A stretch of 64,000 nt of DNA from Verrucomicrobiota bacterium (GCA_033762115.1 JANRLX010000111.1:1-64000); one strand, 5' to 3'. Counted from the first letter of the stretch, positions 51,009-61,962 are shown. A program made the numbers and translations. The notes: generated by a model from the sequence alone, not told the origin.

Positions 51009-52871
51009 TTATTCCACGGTGACACTTTTTGCGAGGTTGCGCGGTTTATCCACGTCGCAGCCGCGGCAGACTGCGATATGATAGGAGAGCAGTTGGAGGG
51101 GGATCACCCCGAGTAACGGAAAAATCGATTCAATCGTCGGGGGGACATAAATCACATCCTCAACCAGCGAGGTGATGGACTCATTCCCTTCCGTGGCGAT
51201 GGCAATGACCGGGCCTTTCCTGGCTTTGATTTCCATGAGGTTGCTCAAGGTTTTGTCATAGAGACCATCACTGGGAGCGAGGATGACCGTAGGGGTTTTC
51301 TCATCGATCATGGCAATCGGCCCATGCTTCATCTCTGCGGCGGGATACCCTTCCGCATGGATGTAGGAAATTTCCTTCAGCTTCAACGCTCCTTCCAATG
51401 CGACAGGAAAAGTGTATTGCCTGCCGAGAAAGAAAAAATCCTCCGCTGCCGCATACTTTTGGGCGAGGGTTTTAATCCTGTCGTTTTGCGCTAGAATTTT
51501 TTCGATTTGGGACGGGACTTGCTCAAGGGCCTGGAGCACCTGTGAACCGCGCCGGGAGGACAAGGTGCGGATACGGCCCATCAGCAGCGCGAAGAGGGTG
51601 AGAACAGTGACCTGGGAGGTGAATGCCTTGGTGGAAGCGACCCCGATTTCCGGTCCCGCATGCAGGTAAATCCCGCCATGCGCTTCCCGGGCGATGGTGC
51701 TTCCGACCACATTACAGATGGAGAGGACCGGATGCCCGCGCCGTTTTGACTCCCGCAAGCCAGCCAGGGTATCGGCGGTTTCCCCGGATTGGGTGATGGC
51801 CAGGATCAAGGTGTTTTTTTCGATTGGAGCATTGCGGTACCGAAATTCACTCGCGTATTCAACTTCAACAGGGATGCAGGCGAGGTCTTCGAAAAGATAC
51901 TCGCCCACCAGGGCGGCGTGCCAACTGGTGCCGCAGGCCACGATCACGATTTGATCCACCGCGCGAAGCTCAGCGAGCGAGACGTTCAAGCCGCCGAATT
52001 TGGCAGTCACTTCTTCGCGATCAATCCGCCCGCGCATGGCATTCTGGACAGTGCGCGGTTGCTCAAAAATTTCCTTGAGCATGTAATGCGGAAATTCCCC
52101 CTTTTCACTTGCCTCAGCGTTGAATTCAATCTGGCTGATCTGGACTTTGGCGGTGTCCGAACCCAGGTTGTTGACGGAAAAATTATCTCGGGTCAACGTC
52201 GCCACATCATAATCATTCAGGTAGACGACCTGGCGGGTATGAGCAACGATTGCGGTGGCATCGCTCGCGAGGAAATTCTCACCTTCACCCACCCCGATAA
52301 TCAAGGGAGAGCCGCGCCGCGCGCCAACAATAAGTTCCGGGTGATCGGCGGAAATAACGGCAATACCGTAAGCGCCGATGACCTCCTTTAAGGCGTTCAT
52401 CACCGCCTGTGTCAGGATGTGGGTACCGTTTTGGGATGGTTTCGCTTTGAGTTTGTCGTAATGGCTGCCGATCAGGTGTGCAAGCACTTCAGTGTCGGTG
52501 GCGGATTTAAATGTATGCCCTTCCTGAATGAATCGTTCCTTGAGTCGGTCGTAGTTCTCGATAACGCCATTGTGGACAACGGCGATGCGCCCGCTTTCAT
52601 CCGTATGGGGATGGGAATTTTCGTCATTTGGGGGGCCGTGGGTGGCCCAGCGCGTGTGGCCAAGGCCGGTGTCACCGCTCAAGGGTGAGGAGGAGAGAAG
52701 GCGGGCGAGCCCTTCATCGATTTTCCCCTTCTTTTTGCATGTGTGGAGGGTTTGATCGCGGAGAACTGCTATTCCAGCGCTGTCATAACCCCTGTATTCC
52801 AGGCGTCGAAGCCCTTCCAGAATAATGGGGGCTGCCTGTTTTTTTCCCACATAACCGATAATTCCACACAT
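51009..52871 (-). CDS. glmS: Glutamine-fructose-6-phosphate transaminase (isomerizing)
   Basis: MCGIIG, RLEYRGYDSAG, GHTRWATHG, SQSGETADT-like TQSGETADT, PRNLAKSVTVE. Confidence 0.97.
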   Translation of the reverse strand: MCGIIGYVGKKQAAPIILEGLRRLEYRGYDSAGIAVLRDQTLHTCKKKGKIDEGLARLLSSSPLSGDTGLGHTRWATHGPPNDENSHPHTDESGRIAVVHNGVIENYDRLKERFIQEGHTFKSATDTEVLAHLIGSHYDKLKAKPSQNGTHILTQAVMNALKEVIGAYGIAVISADHPELIVGARRGSPLIIGVGEGENFLASDATAIVAHTRQVVYLNDYDVATLTRDNFSVNNLGSDTAKVQISQIEFNAEASEKGEFPHYMLKEIFEQPRTVQNAMRGRIDREEVTAKFGGLNVSLAELRAVDQIVIVACGTSWHAALVGEYLFEDLACIPVEVEYASEFRYRNAPIEKNTLILAITQSGETADTLAGLRESKRRGHPVLSICNVVGSTIAREAHGGIYLHAGPEIGVASTKAFTSQVTVLTLFALLMGRIRTLSSRRGSQVLQALEQVPSQIEKILAQNDRIKTLAQKYAAAEDFFFLGRQYTFPVALEGALKLKEISYIHAEGYPAAEMKHGPIAMIDEKTPTVILAPSDGLYDKTLSNLMEIKARKGPVIAIATEGNESITSLVEDVIYVPPTIESIFPLLGVIPLQLLSYHIAVCRGCDVDKPRNLAKSVTVE

Positions 52872-53017
52872 AAAAACTCTCGCGCGAAAATGCGCCTCAT
52901 CAAAACGCAATACGTTCCTGGTCGCGCCGGGTGAGAAAAATCTCCTGTTGCCCCTTGCACTACCCCTGATCGGAAGGGTATATCAGCAGCAACAGTTCGC
53001 AAGCAAAGGATGAGGTT

Positions 53018-54325
53018 ATGCCGTCTCCGAAAGTCCAAGCGGTCAATATGGGTTCAGTTCTCTCCGTCATCATGGGGGGCGGACAGGGAACACGACTTTT
53101 CCCCCTAACCAGGGAGCGTTCCAAACCGGCGGTGCCATTGGCGGGGAAGTATCGCCTCGTGGACATCCCGATTTCCAACTGCATCAACTCCGGGTTGAAA
53201 AAAGTTTACCTGCTCACCCAATTCAACTCCGCCTCGCTCCACCGGCATATTTCGCAATCGTACAAGTTCGATCATTTCACCGGGGGGTTCGTCGAAATCC
53301 TGGCAGCCGAGCAAACGTTCACGGATACTTCATGGTATCAGGGTACCGCGGATGCCGTCCGAAAAAACCTCGTCCATTTTCTCAACCATAGTTTTGAGTA
53401 CGCATTGATCCTGAGCGGCGATCAATTATACCGGATGGATTTTTCCAAAATTCTTTACCAACATGTGGCGACCGGAGCGGAACTGACCATTGCCACCATT
53501 CCCATGCCCCGTGACCAGGCGCCCTCCCTCGGGATCATGCAAGTGGATGAGGATCGTCGCATCACGCGATTTGTGGAGAAACCAAAAGAACCGGAAGTGA
53601 TCGATTCCCTGCAGATTCCCCGCGAATGGTACCGCCAGTTCGATATCCAGGGTGACCAGGACTTCTTCCTCGCCTCGATGGGAATCTATATCTTCAACCG
53701 GGACATCCTGTTGAAGCTGCTCGACAACAACTTTACCGATTTTGGCAAGCACATCATTCCCGGCGCCATCGGCAAGCACCGCGTTTATTCCTATATTTTT
53801 CAGGGCTACTGGGAAGACATCGGGACAATCCGGAATTTCTTCGAGGCGAACCTGAACCTTGCGAGCGAATTGCCCGCCTTCAATTTTTTCGACATGGCTT
53901 CCCCCATTTTCACCCGGCCACGGTTCCTGCCCGGATCAAAAATCAACGGCGCGGAGATTGATCACGCCGTGATTTCGGATGGCTGCATCATCAATCACGC
54001 AAAAATTTCCAACAGCATCGTGGGGATTCGAAGTCTGGTGGACTCCGGTTCCTCGATCAACCGTTCGGTGGTGTTGGGAAATGATTATTTTGAATCTCTC
54101 GATTCAATTCAGGAGAACGAATCCGCGGGACGTCCCAAAATGGGGATCGGGAAAAACACCCGGATCGAAAATGCGATTATCGATAAGAACGCCCGGATCG
54201 GGGACCATTGCGTGATCACCCCTGCCGGGAAACCGGAGAATGTGGATCATCCCCTCTACTACATTCGCGATGGCATTGTCATCGTGCCGAAAAATGGCTC
54301 GATCCCCCACGGGACTGTGATCTGA
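53018..54325 (+). CDS. glgC: Glucose-1-phosphate adenylyltransferase
   Basis: GGGQGTRLFPLT..RSKPAVP, WYQGTADAVR, LSGDQLYRMD, ASMGIY, YWEDIGT, IIDKNARIG. Confidence 0.96.
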   Translation: MPSPKVQAVNMGSVLSVIMGGGQGTRLFPLTRERSKPAVPLAGKYRLVDIPISNCINSGLKKVYLLTQFNSASLHRHISQSYKFDHFTGGFVEILAAEQTFTDTSWYQGTADAVRKNLVHFLNHSFEYALILSGDQLYRMDFSKILYQHVATGAELTIATIPMPRDQAPSLGIMQVDEDRRITRFVEKPKEPEVIDSLQIPREWYRQFDIQGDQDFFLASMGIYIFNRDILLKLLDNNFTDFGKHIIPGAIGKHRVYSYIFQGYWEDIGTIRNFFEANLNLASELPAFNFFDMASPIFTRPRFLPGSKINGAEIDHAVISDGCIINHAKISNSIVGIRSLVDSGSSINRSVVLGNDYFESLDSIQENESAGRPKMGIGKNTRIENAIIDKNARIGDHCVITPAGKPENVDHPLYYIRDGIVIVPKNGSIPHGTVI

Positions 54326-54329
54326 TGGT

Positions 54330-55709
54330 TTAATGGGCAAAGCCGCGTTCCTCCTCCGGAAGCGGTTGTCCACGGGTTTCCGGCATAAACGGAATCACCA
54401 GCAGCCCCAGCACGAAAATGGAACACATCGCAAGCCCCGCGTAACGAAGCGGTTCCTCAGTATTGTGAAAAACCTTGCTGCTCAGCAACCCCAGCGTCCA
54501 GGGGCCTGAAGCGGCGATAAAACGCCCGACGTTATAACAGAAAGAAGTCCCCGTGCTGCGCAATGACGTGGGGAACAGTTCAGGAAAGTAGATCGCATAC
54601 CCCCCGAAAATTCCCAGCATGAAAAAGCCCATGATTGGGACCAGCAAATAAATATGCCACGGTTCGCGAACGATCCAGAAAACCAGTGAGGTGGAAACCA
54701 TCGCCCCGACAAAGGCGACAGCAAAAGCGAGTCGGCGGCTGGTCCGCTGGGTGAACTTGGTAAACGCCAGCATTCCCAGAAATGCCCCAGCGTTGAGCAT
54801 CAGCGAAGTTTTTCCTTTCCAACTACCCACCGCGCCTTTCAGTTCCGCTCCGGCAAGCCCCTGTGCTGCCAGAGATTTTTCCATCACTGAACCCACCAGG
54901 TCCATGCTGTAAAAAACAATTCCCCAGAGGGCGATGACACCAGCGCAAGCCAGGACCATTCCGATCAACGCATTTTTTCTCCAGCGAGGGTTGCTGAAAA
55001 GGGCGGCATACGATCCCGCTTTGCGGGATTCTTCCCTGGACATTTTCACCTTCTGCCATTTTTCAGGCTCTTTCAAACGCCAGCGAACAACCAACGCGAG
55101 CAATGCGGGAAACGCGCCGATTACAAACATGATTCGCCACTTGGCCCATGCGGAAGGCATGCCGCCGGAGCCTTCCCAGTGGCTGAGGCCCATTTCAATC
55201 AGCGCAGCGCTGACGTTGCCGACTGCTGAAAGCGCCTGCAAAAGGCCTAGGGCATGAGGACGGGCCCGGTCAGGCATCACTTCCGCAATCAGCGCCACAC
55301 CCACGGCAAATTCTCCCCCAACGCCGAGACCGGTGATAAAACGATAAAACGCAAAATCCCAGAACCCTGTCGATAAAGCGCTTAAACCCGTGCAGAGGGA
55401 GTAAACAAGGATGGTGATCATCATTGTTTTTGCGCGGCCAATGCGATCCCCAAGCACGCCAAAAATCAAACCGCCAGTCGCCCAGCCAAGCACAAAAATG
55501 GCGGTGGCGTAGCCGCTGTACTCGTTGATGTTTGCACCCGGTGGCAGAAGATCGCGCATCGCAGGTGCGCGCGCGAGGAGAAACAGTTGCTGGTCCAGGC
55601 AATCGAAGAGCCACCCAAGCGCGGCGACGACCAGGACGAACCAATGATATCGATTGAGTTCACGCCACCACGGTTGCGAATGATTCATTGTTGGTTCATT
55701 TCCGGCCAT
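54330..55709 (-). CDS. MFS transporter
   Basis: LGWLFD, G.LGDRIGR motif A, GLGVGGEF, PELFPT.LR.TG, PETRG; SD GAGGAG. Confidence 0.92.
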   Translation of the reverse strand: MAGNEPTMNHSQPWWRELNRYHWFVLVVAALGWLFDCLDQQLFLLARAPAMRDLLPPGANINEYSGYATAIFVLGWATGGLIFGVLGDRIGRAKTMMITILVYSLCTGLSALSTGFWDFAFYRFITGLGVGGEFAVGVALIAEVMPDRARPHALGLLQALSAVGNVSAALIEMGLSHWEGSGGMPSAWAKWRIMFVIGAFPALLALVVRWRLKEPEKWQKVKMSREESRKAGSYAALFSNPRWRKNALIGMVLACAGVIALWGIVFYSMDLVGSVMEKSLAAQGLAGAELKGAVGSWKGKTSLMLNAGAFLGMLAFTKFTQRTSRRLAFAVAFVGAMVSTSLVFWIVREPWHIYLLVPIMGFFMLGIFGGYAIYFPELFPTSLRSTGTSFCYNVGRFIAASGPWTLGLLSSKVFHNTEEPLRYAGLAMCSIFVLGLLVIPFMPETRGQPLPEEERGFAH

Positions 55710-55813
55710 GCTACTCCTCTTGCGTTTTTTTCAGGGACGCTGTTTGGGTAGCATAGAAGTTGTGAGTGAGCCAAGAGCAATCAGTAAAACAAACCGCAAG
55801 AGATTGCCAGGCA

Positions 55814-57490
55814 TCAGGTCACATCGTTCCTCCATTTTAGAAAGCGTTTCCAAAAAGATTCAGGTTCGATCTGGAAAAACTGGAGGCTCGCTTTCATTCG
55901 GGCTTCCGCAAGGAATTTTCGTTGCGCTGACCTCAGGAAATACAGCGCGACAAAAACATTCAAAATAACCCAGCTCACGTAAGCTTCATAAAAATCCATT
56001 CCTTGAGGAACCGAATCAAACAGGTTGAGCAAAAGCGTCGCTGAGGCAAAAATACCCCACGGGACGAACAACACGCGGGAAACGGCAATTCCAGCAGCCT
56101 GTTGCGGCTTTTTTGAAATCAACGGCGTCCAGAGCCCCAGATAAGTAATGGCAAGGACATCGAGAGTCATGCAAATCCAGGTGCCGACAAAAAAGAAGAT
56201 CTGAATGTCATCTCCATCATCACTATATAAAGTCCACAAGGCAGCGATGCTGAACAAACAGGTGAGAAAATAGAGAATCCACATCTGCCGCAAAACATTA
56301 AGAAACTGTCCTTTAATGATCTCCTGCAATTTGAGCGGCGTGGAAAGCAGCATTTCCAATGCTCCATTCGCGTGCGCTTCGGTCAATGGCTTGCATGCCA
56401 CCGCCGCAGTCATTATCCGCATCATCAAATGAAAAATCCCCGCCACGATCAGGAAAGCGTACCCAAGTTGAAGCGATTTGTTCATCGCATAAACTGAAAA
56501 GGTGATTCCGATCACGAGGATGATGATGACATATCGGTAAATCGCATCGGTCCGGACACGGCTTCCGAGCCAGATCCAGGGGTTGATTTCCAGAAAGCGC
56601 TTCCGGTATGCGGTTCTCTTTTCGGCTGATCCCAATTGCCACGTCCGCCACCGTTCCCGCCAGGAGTGGCTCTTCAAAGTTGGCTCCTCCTGCCATTTGT
56701 GCGGCAGCAACAGGCAGGCGGACCAAAGAAAAATATGTCCCATGACATGGCAGACAAGAATCGAGATCCAGAAATCAGAAAAAAGCCGGGCCATTCCAAG
56801 CGTCCCGATCCCGCTCATCTGCATTGCGGGGCTGAACCATTCAATCACCCGCGCGAGATCCGGCATTCCGTTATACCTCGAGAGGTTGGCCAGCCCCGGT
56901 AATCCAAGCCAGAAAACCAGGAGCGTGACATTAAACTGACCAACCATTTTCTGATATTCCCGCCCATTGGTGGATATCAACAGGCCCAGGCTCATGGAAA
57001 AAAAGATGGTGTTCAGCAGGGCGATGCAGACGACCAGCACATCCATCCATCCCACTCCACCCAGCAAAATAGCAATGGAGAGAAATGGGACAATTCCCAA
57101 CAGGCCGACCACCGAAGCGAAAGAATGGGCAACCAGCTTTCCCAAAACAATATGGTGGGTTCGCATGTCTGTCAGGAATAACAGCCCAAGGGTCCCCTCC
57201 CGTTTTTCGCTGCTTAACGCGTCAGCAGTGGTCATTCCCGAGAACAGCGCCATTAGAAAAAGAATTCCCGTCAGTGAATTGAAAATCTGTTGACCGATCA
57301 TACCGCCTATCGGTGCGCGAGAGAACCCCCATAGCATACTCGCTGCTACCAGCAGAAAAACGAGGCCAATGATCCAGCGGGAGCGGAAAGTGGCGGGCTT
57401 TTTTGACGCAACCAGCAATTCTCGCCAGGCAATTGGGAACGCACTGCTCGTCCGGTTCCAGAGAGGGCTTGATCCAGGTATGGTTGCCAT
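55814..57490 (-). CDS. ABC-2-type permease-like membrane protein (duplicated domain)
   Basis: RELLVAS, ADALSSEKREGTLGLLFLT, second repeat GALEMLLSTPL. Confidence 0.8.
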   Translation of the reverse strand: MATIPGSSPLWNRTSSAFPIAWRELLVASKKPATFRSRWIIGLVFLLVAASMLWGFSRAPIGGMIGQQIFNSLTGILFLMALFSGMTTADALSSEKREGTLGLLFLTDMRTHHIVLGKLVAHSFASVVGLLGIVPFLSIAILLGGVGWMDVLVVCIALLNTIFFSMSLGLLISTNGREYQKMVGQFNVTLLVFWLGLPGLANLSRYNGMPDLARVIEWFSPAMQMSGIGTLGMARLFSDFWISILVCHVMGHIFLWSACLLLPHKWQEEPTLKSHSWRERWRTWQLGSAEKRTAYRKRFLEINPWIWLGSRVRTDAIYRYVIIILVIGITFSVYAMNKSLQLGYAFLIVAGIFHLMMRIMTAAVACKPLTEAHANGALEMLLSTPLKLQEIIKGQFLNVLRQMWILYFLTCLFSIAALWTLYSDDGDDIQIFFFVGTWICMTLDVLAITYLGLWTPLISKKPQQAAGIAVSRVLFVPWGIFASATLLLNLFDSVPQGMDFYEAYVSWVILNVFVALYFLRSAQRKFLAEARMKASLQFFQIEPESFWKRFLKWRNDVT

Positions 57491-57643
57491 TCGACTGCTG
57501 CCCAATCTGAATTGTCACATCCACTCTGACAATCGGAAAAGATCATCCACGCGCCCTGATCCCGGTTTCAGGCAGTCATGTGAAGTAAAATCAGCGCTGT
57601 TCACCATTTCAGAAATTCACGCCCCGGCGACAGTTGGGGTAAT

Positions 57644-57901
57644 ATGAAAAAATTGTTATTGGCAGGTGTGGCATCAATCCTTCTCGCTGGCTGCGCCAGT
57701 CAGAGCGGAGGCATGGGAAGCAGCAGTGGCAGCACGACCGAATCAGGCAGCGGAAGTTCCTGGATGGACAATTCGGAAACCGGCTCGGCAGGGGACACCA
57801 CTTCGGCAGAATCGGGCGCTGCAAGGGGCAGCACTGGAACTGGCGGCACAACTTCGGGCGGGACAGGGAGCAGCACCTCCGGTGGTTCCGGAAATCGATA
57901 A
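57644..57901 (+). CDS. Small Gly/Ser/Thr-rich lipoprotein
   Basis: MKKLLL...LLAGC lipobox, low-complexity tail, own terminator. Confidence 0.8.
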   Translation: MKKLLLAGVASILLAGCASQSGGMGSSSGSTTESGSGSSWMDNSETGSAGDTTSAESGAARGSTGTGGTTSGGTGSSTSGGSGNR

Positions 57902-57928
57902 TCCTCTTTCGACAGCAAACTTGTTCAG

Positions 57929-57954
57929 GCGGGGTGATGGCACCTCGCTTTTTT
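57929..57954 (+). terminator. Rho-independent terminator
   Basis: GCGGGGTG-atgg-CACCTCGC then TTTTTT. Confidence 0.8.
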
Positions 57955-58028
57955 GCTGTACAATGCTCAAAAAAGCATGACGTTTGTCCCGTTCCTCTTC
58001 TACAATGGCAGCATAACCAATCAAAATT

Positions 58029-58922
58029 ATGGCTGAAAGAATCGGTTTTGTCGGGGTGGGGCGGATGGGGGCAAACATGGCTCGTCGCCTTAATGATCAG
58101 GGCTTCAAAATTACAGCCGTTTACGATTCGCGATTGTCCGTTGCACAGGAAATCGCCAAGGAGTTGGGAGCCGAAGCCTGTCGTACATTACCGCAGGTGA
58201 CGGAACTTTCAGATATTGTCATCACGGTGGTCACGGATGATAAGGCCATGAACCGCATTTTCAGCCGCCTTGGCAAAAGCCTTTTTACAGGTGCCAGGGG
58301 AAGGCTGTTTATCAATTGCGCGACCCTCTCTCCCAAGGTTCATGTGGACCTGGAAAGAAGGGCGCAACGCGTGGGGGCCCAGACTCTTGAAGCCTGCATG
58401 GCTTCAAGCATTACCCAGGCGCGGGAAGGCACGCTGTATTTGATGCTGGGCGGAACCCCAAAAGCTTATGAACGCGCCCGTCCGGTATTGGAAAAGCTAA
58501 GCAATTCCATGCGCTATATCGGCAAAGCCGGTGAAGCAGCCAAGGTCAAGGCGCTCGTCAACATGGTCATGAATATCAACACCGCCGGTCTCGCCGAAGG
58601 GCTCGGCCTGGGGCAGGCGCTGGGACTTGATCTCTCGATGCTCCGGGAAGTGTTTTCCCAAACGGGTGCCAATTCCCGAGTACTTCAGACCGATGGGGAG
58701 GATATGCAAAATCGGGAGCATTCCTGTTTTTTCTCCGCCGCGCACGCAGCCAAGGATTCAGGAATTGCGGTGAAGCTCGCCAAATCCGCTCGACTCCAGT
58801 TGCCACTTGCCCTCGCCACCAAAAAGCAATTTGACCGGATGATCAAGGAAGGTCTCGGTGATCTGGACAAAAGCGGGGTGGCTGAGCTTACGTTCAAGGG
58901 GCGGCTGAAAAAGAAACGATAG
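58029..58922 (+). CDS. NAD(P)-dependent beta-hydroxyacid dehydrogenase family protein
   Basis: GFVGVGRMGANMA, catalytic KALVN, KD. Confidence 0.88.
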   Translation: MAERIGFVGVGRMGANMARRLNDQGFKITAVYDSRLSVAQEIAKELGAEACRTLPQVTELSDIVITVVTDDKAMNRIFSRLGKSLFTGARGRLFINCATLSPKVHVDLERRAQRVGAQTLEACMASSITQAREGTLYLMLGGTPKAYERARPVLEKLSNSMRYIGKAGEAAKVKALVNMVMNINTAGLAEGLGLGQALGLDLSMLREVFSQTGANSRVLQTDGEDMQNREHSCFFSAAHAAKDSGIAVKLAKSARLQLPLALATKKQFDRMIKEGLGDLDKSGVAELTFKGRLKKKR

Positions 58923-58930
58923 TTAACGCA

Positions 58931-61153
58931 ATGTCTCACGCGCTCAAACGGGACCCTGCCTCACGCTTGAGCCGCTCAATCCCGTTCGGTCTGGGAGAGG
59001 TCAAGCCGCGTCATTTTCGCGACATGGCGAAAATCTTGTGGGAAAATCGAGACAATCTTCCTTACGCCTACAAAGTCCTTACCCGTGGAGTCTGTGACGG
59101 TTGCGCCCTCGGCGTGGCGGGGTTGCATGATTGGACGATCAACGGGGTCCATCTTTGCATGACCCGCTTGAATCTGTTGCGATTGAACACCATGCCGGAA
59201 TTCAATCCGGAAATTCTGCAGGACGTTTCGCAATTCAACAGCTTTGATAATCAACAATTGCGCCAGCTTGGGCGCCTTGCCTGCCCAATGGTCCGCAAAA
59301 AGGGAGAGCGCGGTTTTCAGCGGGTCACCTGGCCAGAGGCCCAGGCCCGTCTTGGCGCGCGCTTGCGAAAAACCGATCCACAACGAATGGCATTTTTTGT
59401 CACTGCCCGGGGCGTGACCAATGAGGTTTATTACGTGGCGCAAAAAGTGGCCCGGTTTCTCGGCACGAACAACATCGATAATGCCGCCCGCCTCTGCCAT
59501 GCTCCCTCCACTGCCGCGATGAAATTCGCGATTGGTGTTTCCGCCAGCACCTGTAGTTACAAAGACTGGTATGGGACGGACCTGGTCCTTTTCTTCGGTT
59601 CCAATCCCGCCAATGACCAGCCTGTGGCCACCAAATACCTGCACGAAGCCAAGCAGCTTGGAACGAAAGTCATTCTGATCAATCCTTACCTTGAACCCGG
59701 GATGCAACGCTACTGGGTGCCTTCCTCAGCTTCGAGCGCCCTCTTCGGAACTGATATTGCGGATTACTGGTTTCCAGTCGCGCAAGGGGGTGACATCGCA
59801 TTCATTTCAGGCGTCCTCAAGGTCATGATCGAACGCGGCTGGTGCGATGAACAATTTATCCAGCAACACACACTTGGATTTGATGCGTTGGTCCGGCAGC
59901 TCCAGCAACTGGACTGGCCGCAGATCGAGAAGCAATCCGGGCTTCCCCGGGCGAGCATGATTGAATTTGCCGGACTGATTCATCATGCCCGGACTGCTGT
60001 CCTGGTCTGGAGCATGGGAATTACACAGCATGCCTATGGTGCGGATGCAGTTCAGATGGTCCTGAATCTCGGTTTAAGCAAAGGATTCGTCGGACGCGAA
60101 AAATGTGGCCTCATGCCGATCCGCGGCCATTCTTCAGTCCAGGGAGGCGCTGAAATGGGGGCCTACTCAACGGCATTTCCCGGTGGCAGGGCGATTACCT
60201 CCGAAAATGTCGAAGAGCTTTCCAGGGCATACGGTTTTCCGGTCCCTGATTGGGCCGGTCTGACCACCCCTGAAATGATCGAAGCCGCCGGGCAGGGGCA
60301 ATTGGATCTGCTGTATTCACTTGGTGGCAATTTCTTGCGAACCCTTCCTGAACCGCAATCTGTCCGTGCAGCCCTTTCGAAAGTCCCCGTTCGCATTCAC
60401 CAGGACATCATCCTGACCGACCAGATGTTCATCGAACCGGGTGAGGAAGTGTGGCTGCTTCCTGCGAAAACCCGCTATGAACAGGAGGGAGGCGGGATCG
60501 AAACCACCACCGAAAGACGAATTGCGTTCAGCCCGGAGATTCCTCGTCAGCTTGGGGAATGCAAGGCAGAGTGGCGCATTTTGCTGGATCTTGCCTCCGC
60601 TGCCTGGCCCGAAAAAGCGCATTTGCTTGGCTGCGCCTCAGCCCAGGCAATTCGCAATGAGATCGCCCGCATTGTTCCCTTTTATGATGGCATTCAGAAT
60701 TTGCAAACCACCGGTGATGCCATTCAGTACGGTGGCCCGCATCTTTGTGCCAACGGCCAGTTTCCCACGCCTGATGGCAAGGCCCACTTCCGACCTGTTC
60801 CATTGCCCAACCTGCATCGAGAGAGCAATGAATTTGAGCTGAGCACGCGCCGTGGAAAGCAATTCAATACACTCATCTATGCCGAGGTCGATCCACTCAA
60901 TGGCGCATCGCGGGATGCTGTCCTTATCAGCGCCGAGGATGCGCAACGGCTGGATCTTTCCTCCAACCAGCGCGTGCGCCTGAAAAACGACCTTGGTGAG
61001 TACATCGCGCGGGTGATGATCGCACCGATTGCGCCGGGAAATGTGCAGGTCCATTGGCCGGAGGGAAATCATTTGATTCGAAAAGGGGTGACCGATCAGG
61101 CCGGTGGTGTGCCGGATTACAATGCCCGCGTGCAAATCGAAAAAGTCCCATGA
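58931..61153 (+). CDS. FdhF/YdeP-family molybdopterin oxidoreductase
   Basis: CDGCALG, NNIDNAARLCHAPS, PIRGHSSVQG, STRRGKQFN, PDYNA. Confidence 0.88.
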   Translation: MSHALKRDPASRLSRSIPFGLGEVKPRHFRDMAKILWENRDNLPYAYKVLTRGVCDGCALGVAGLHDWTINGVHLCMTRLNLLRLNTMPEFNPEILQDVSQFNSFDNQQLRQLGRLACPMVRKKGERGFQRVTWPEAQARLGARLRKTDPQRMAFFVTARGVTNEVYYVAQKVARFLGTNNIDNAARLCHAPSTAAMKFAIGVSASTCSYKDWYGTDLVLFFGSNPANDQPVATKYLHEAKQLGTKVILINPYLEPGMQRYWVPSSASSALFGTDIADYWFPVAQGGDIAFISGVLKVMIERGWCDEQFIQQHTLGFDALVRQLQQLDWPQIEKQSGLPRASMIEFAGLIHHARTAVLVWSMGITQHAYGADAVQMVLNLGLSKGFVGREKCGLMPIRGHSSVQGGAEMGAYSTAFPGGRAITSENVEELSRAYGFPVPDWAGLTTPEMIEAAGQGQLDLLYSLGGNFLRTLPEPQSVRAALSKVPVRIHQDIILTDQMFIEPGEEVWLLPAKTRYEQEGGGIETTTERRIAFSPEIPRQLGECKAEWRILLDLASAAWPEKAHLLGCASAQAIRNEIARIVPFYDGIQNLQTTGDAIQYGGPHLCANGQFPTPDGKAHFRPVPLPNLHRESNEFELSTRRGKQFNTLIYAEVDPLNGASRDAVLISAEDAQRLDLSSNQRVRLKNDLGEYIARVMIAPIAPGNVQVHWPEGNHLIRKGVTDQAGGVPDYNARVQIEKVP

Positions 61154-61962
61154 ACCCCGGCGTTCGCGAGTTGCCCATTCTTCGTTGTGCAGCCAACAGC
61201 AGCGCAGTTTCACAGGTGGACGCCGTTTCAGTCGAGGAGCCGATTGAATTCCGTATTGGCGGTGAGGCTATTTCAATCACCATGCGCACCCCCGGGCACG
61301 ACGATGAGCTTGCTGCCGGGTTTCTGCTCACGGAGGGCATGATCCAATCGCGTTCCCAAATCCTGGAAATTGCCCCCTGCCCGCAACCAGCCGCAGGTTC
61401 TGTCCTGAATCTTTTTTTGACCCCGGAAGTGGTGGTTTCATCCGCTGCCTTCAGCCGTCAACTGCTTTCCAATTCAAGTTGTGGAATTTGCGGAAAATCC
61501 TCCATGGAATCGATTTACAATCGCTTTCCGCCGGTCCAATCCGCGATCAAACTGGCTGCCGCAATCCTGTCGGATCTCCCCAACAAACTCGCTGCTGCTC
61601 AACAGCAGTTTTCGCAAACAGGCGGTTTGCATGCCGCTGCTCTTTTCAATCCCGAAGGATCGCTCCTGGTATTGCGGGAAGATATCGGGCGGCATAACGC
61701 GGTCGATAAAGTGATCGGATGGGCCCTCTTTAATCTGCCGCTGCCTCTTTCGAGTTCCATCCTGATGGTGAGCGGGCGTGTCTCATTTGAGATCGTTGCC
61801 AAAGCCGTGGCCGCAGGAGTTCCTGTAGTGGCTTCCATCTCAGCTCCTTCCACCCTGGCAATCGAGCTGGCAATCGGCAATGAAGTAACCCTGGCAGGGT
61901 TTGTCCGGGGGCAAAGTTTTAATCTCTATTCCAGGCCTGATCGGCTCACCGGGATCACTTGA
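61150..61962 (+). CDS. fdhD: Formate dehydrogenase accessory sulfurtransferase FdhD
   Basis: VEEP, TMRTPG.D..LA.GFL, SSCGICG, TGGLHAA, REDIGRHNAVDK. Confidence 0.93.
   Translation: MNPGVRELPILRCAANSSAVSQVDAVSVEEPIEFRIGGEAISITMRTPGHDDELAAGFLLTEGMIQSRSQILEIAPCPQPAAGSVLNLFLTPEVVVSSAAFSRQLLSNSSCGICGKSSMESIYNRFPPVQSAIKLAAAILSDLPNKLAAAQQQFSQTGGLHAAALFNPEGSLLVLREDIGRHNAVDKVIGWALFNLPLPLSSSILMVSGRVSFEIVAKAVAAGVPVVASISAPSTLAIELAIGNEVTLAGFVRGQSFNLYSRPDRLTGIT

Noticed and set aside
52872..52935. Possible glmS ribozyme (minus strand GCGACCAGGAACG...CGTTTTGATGAGG)
   Set aside because: Only a loose echo of the P1/P2 core; the AGCGCC cleavage-site motif is absent and only about 20 nt remain before the start codon, too little for the rest of the fold
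57700..57895. GGCAGC-type repeats in the small lipoprotein gene
   Set aside because: Explained by Gly/Ser/Thr low-complexity coding, not a DNA repeat element
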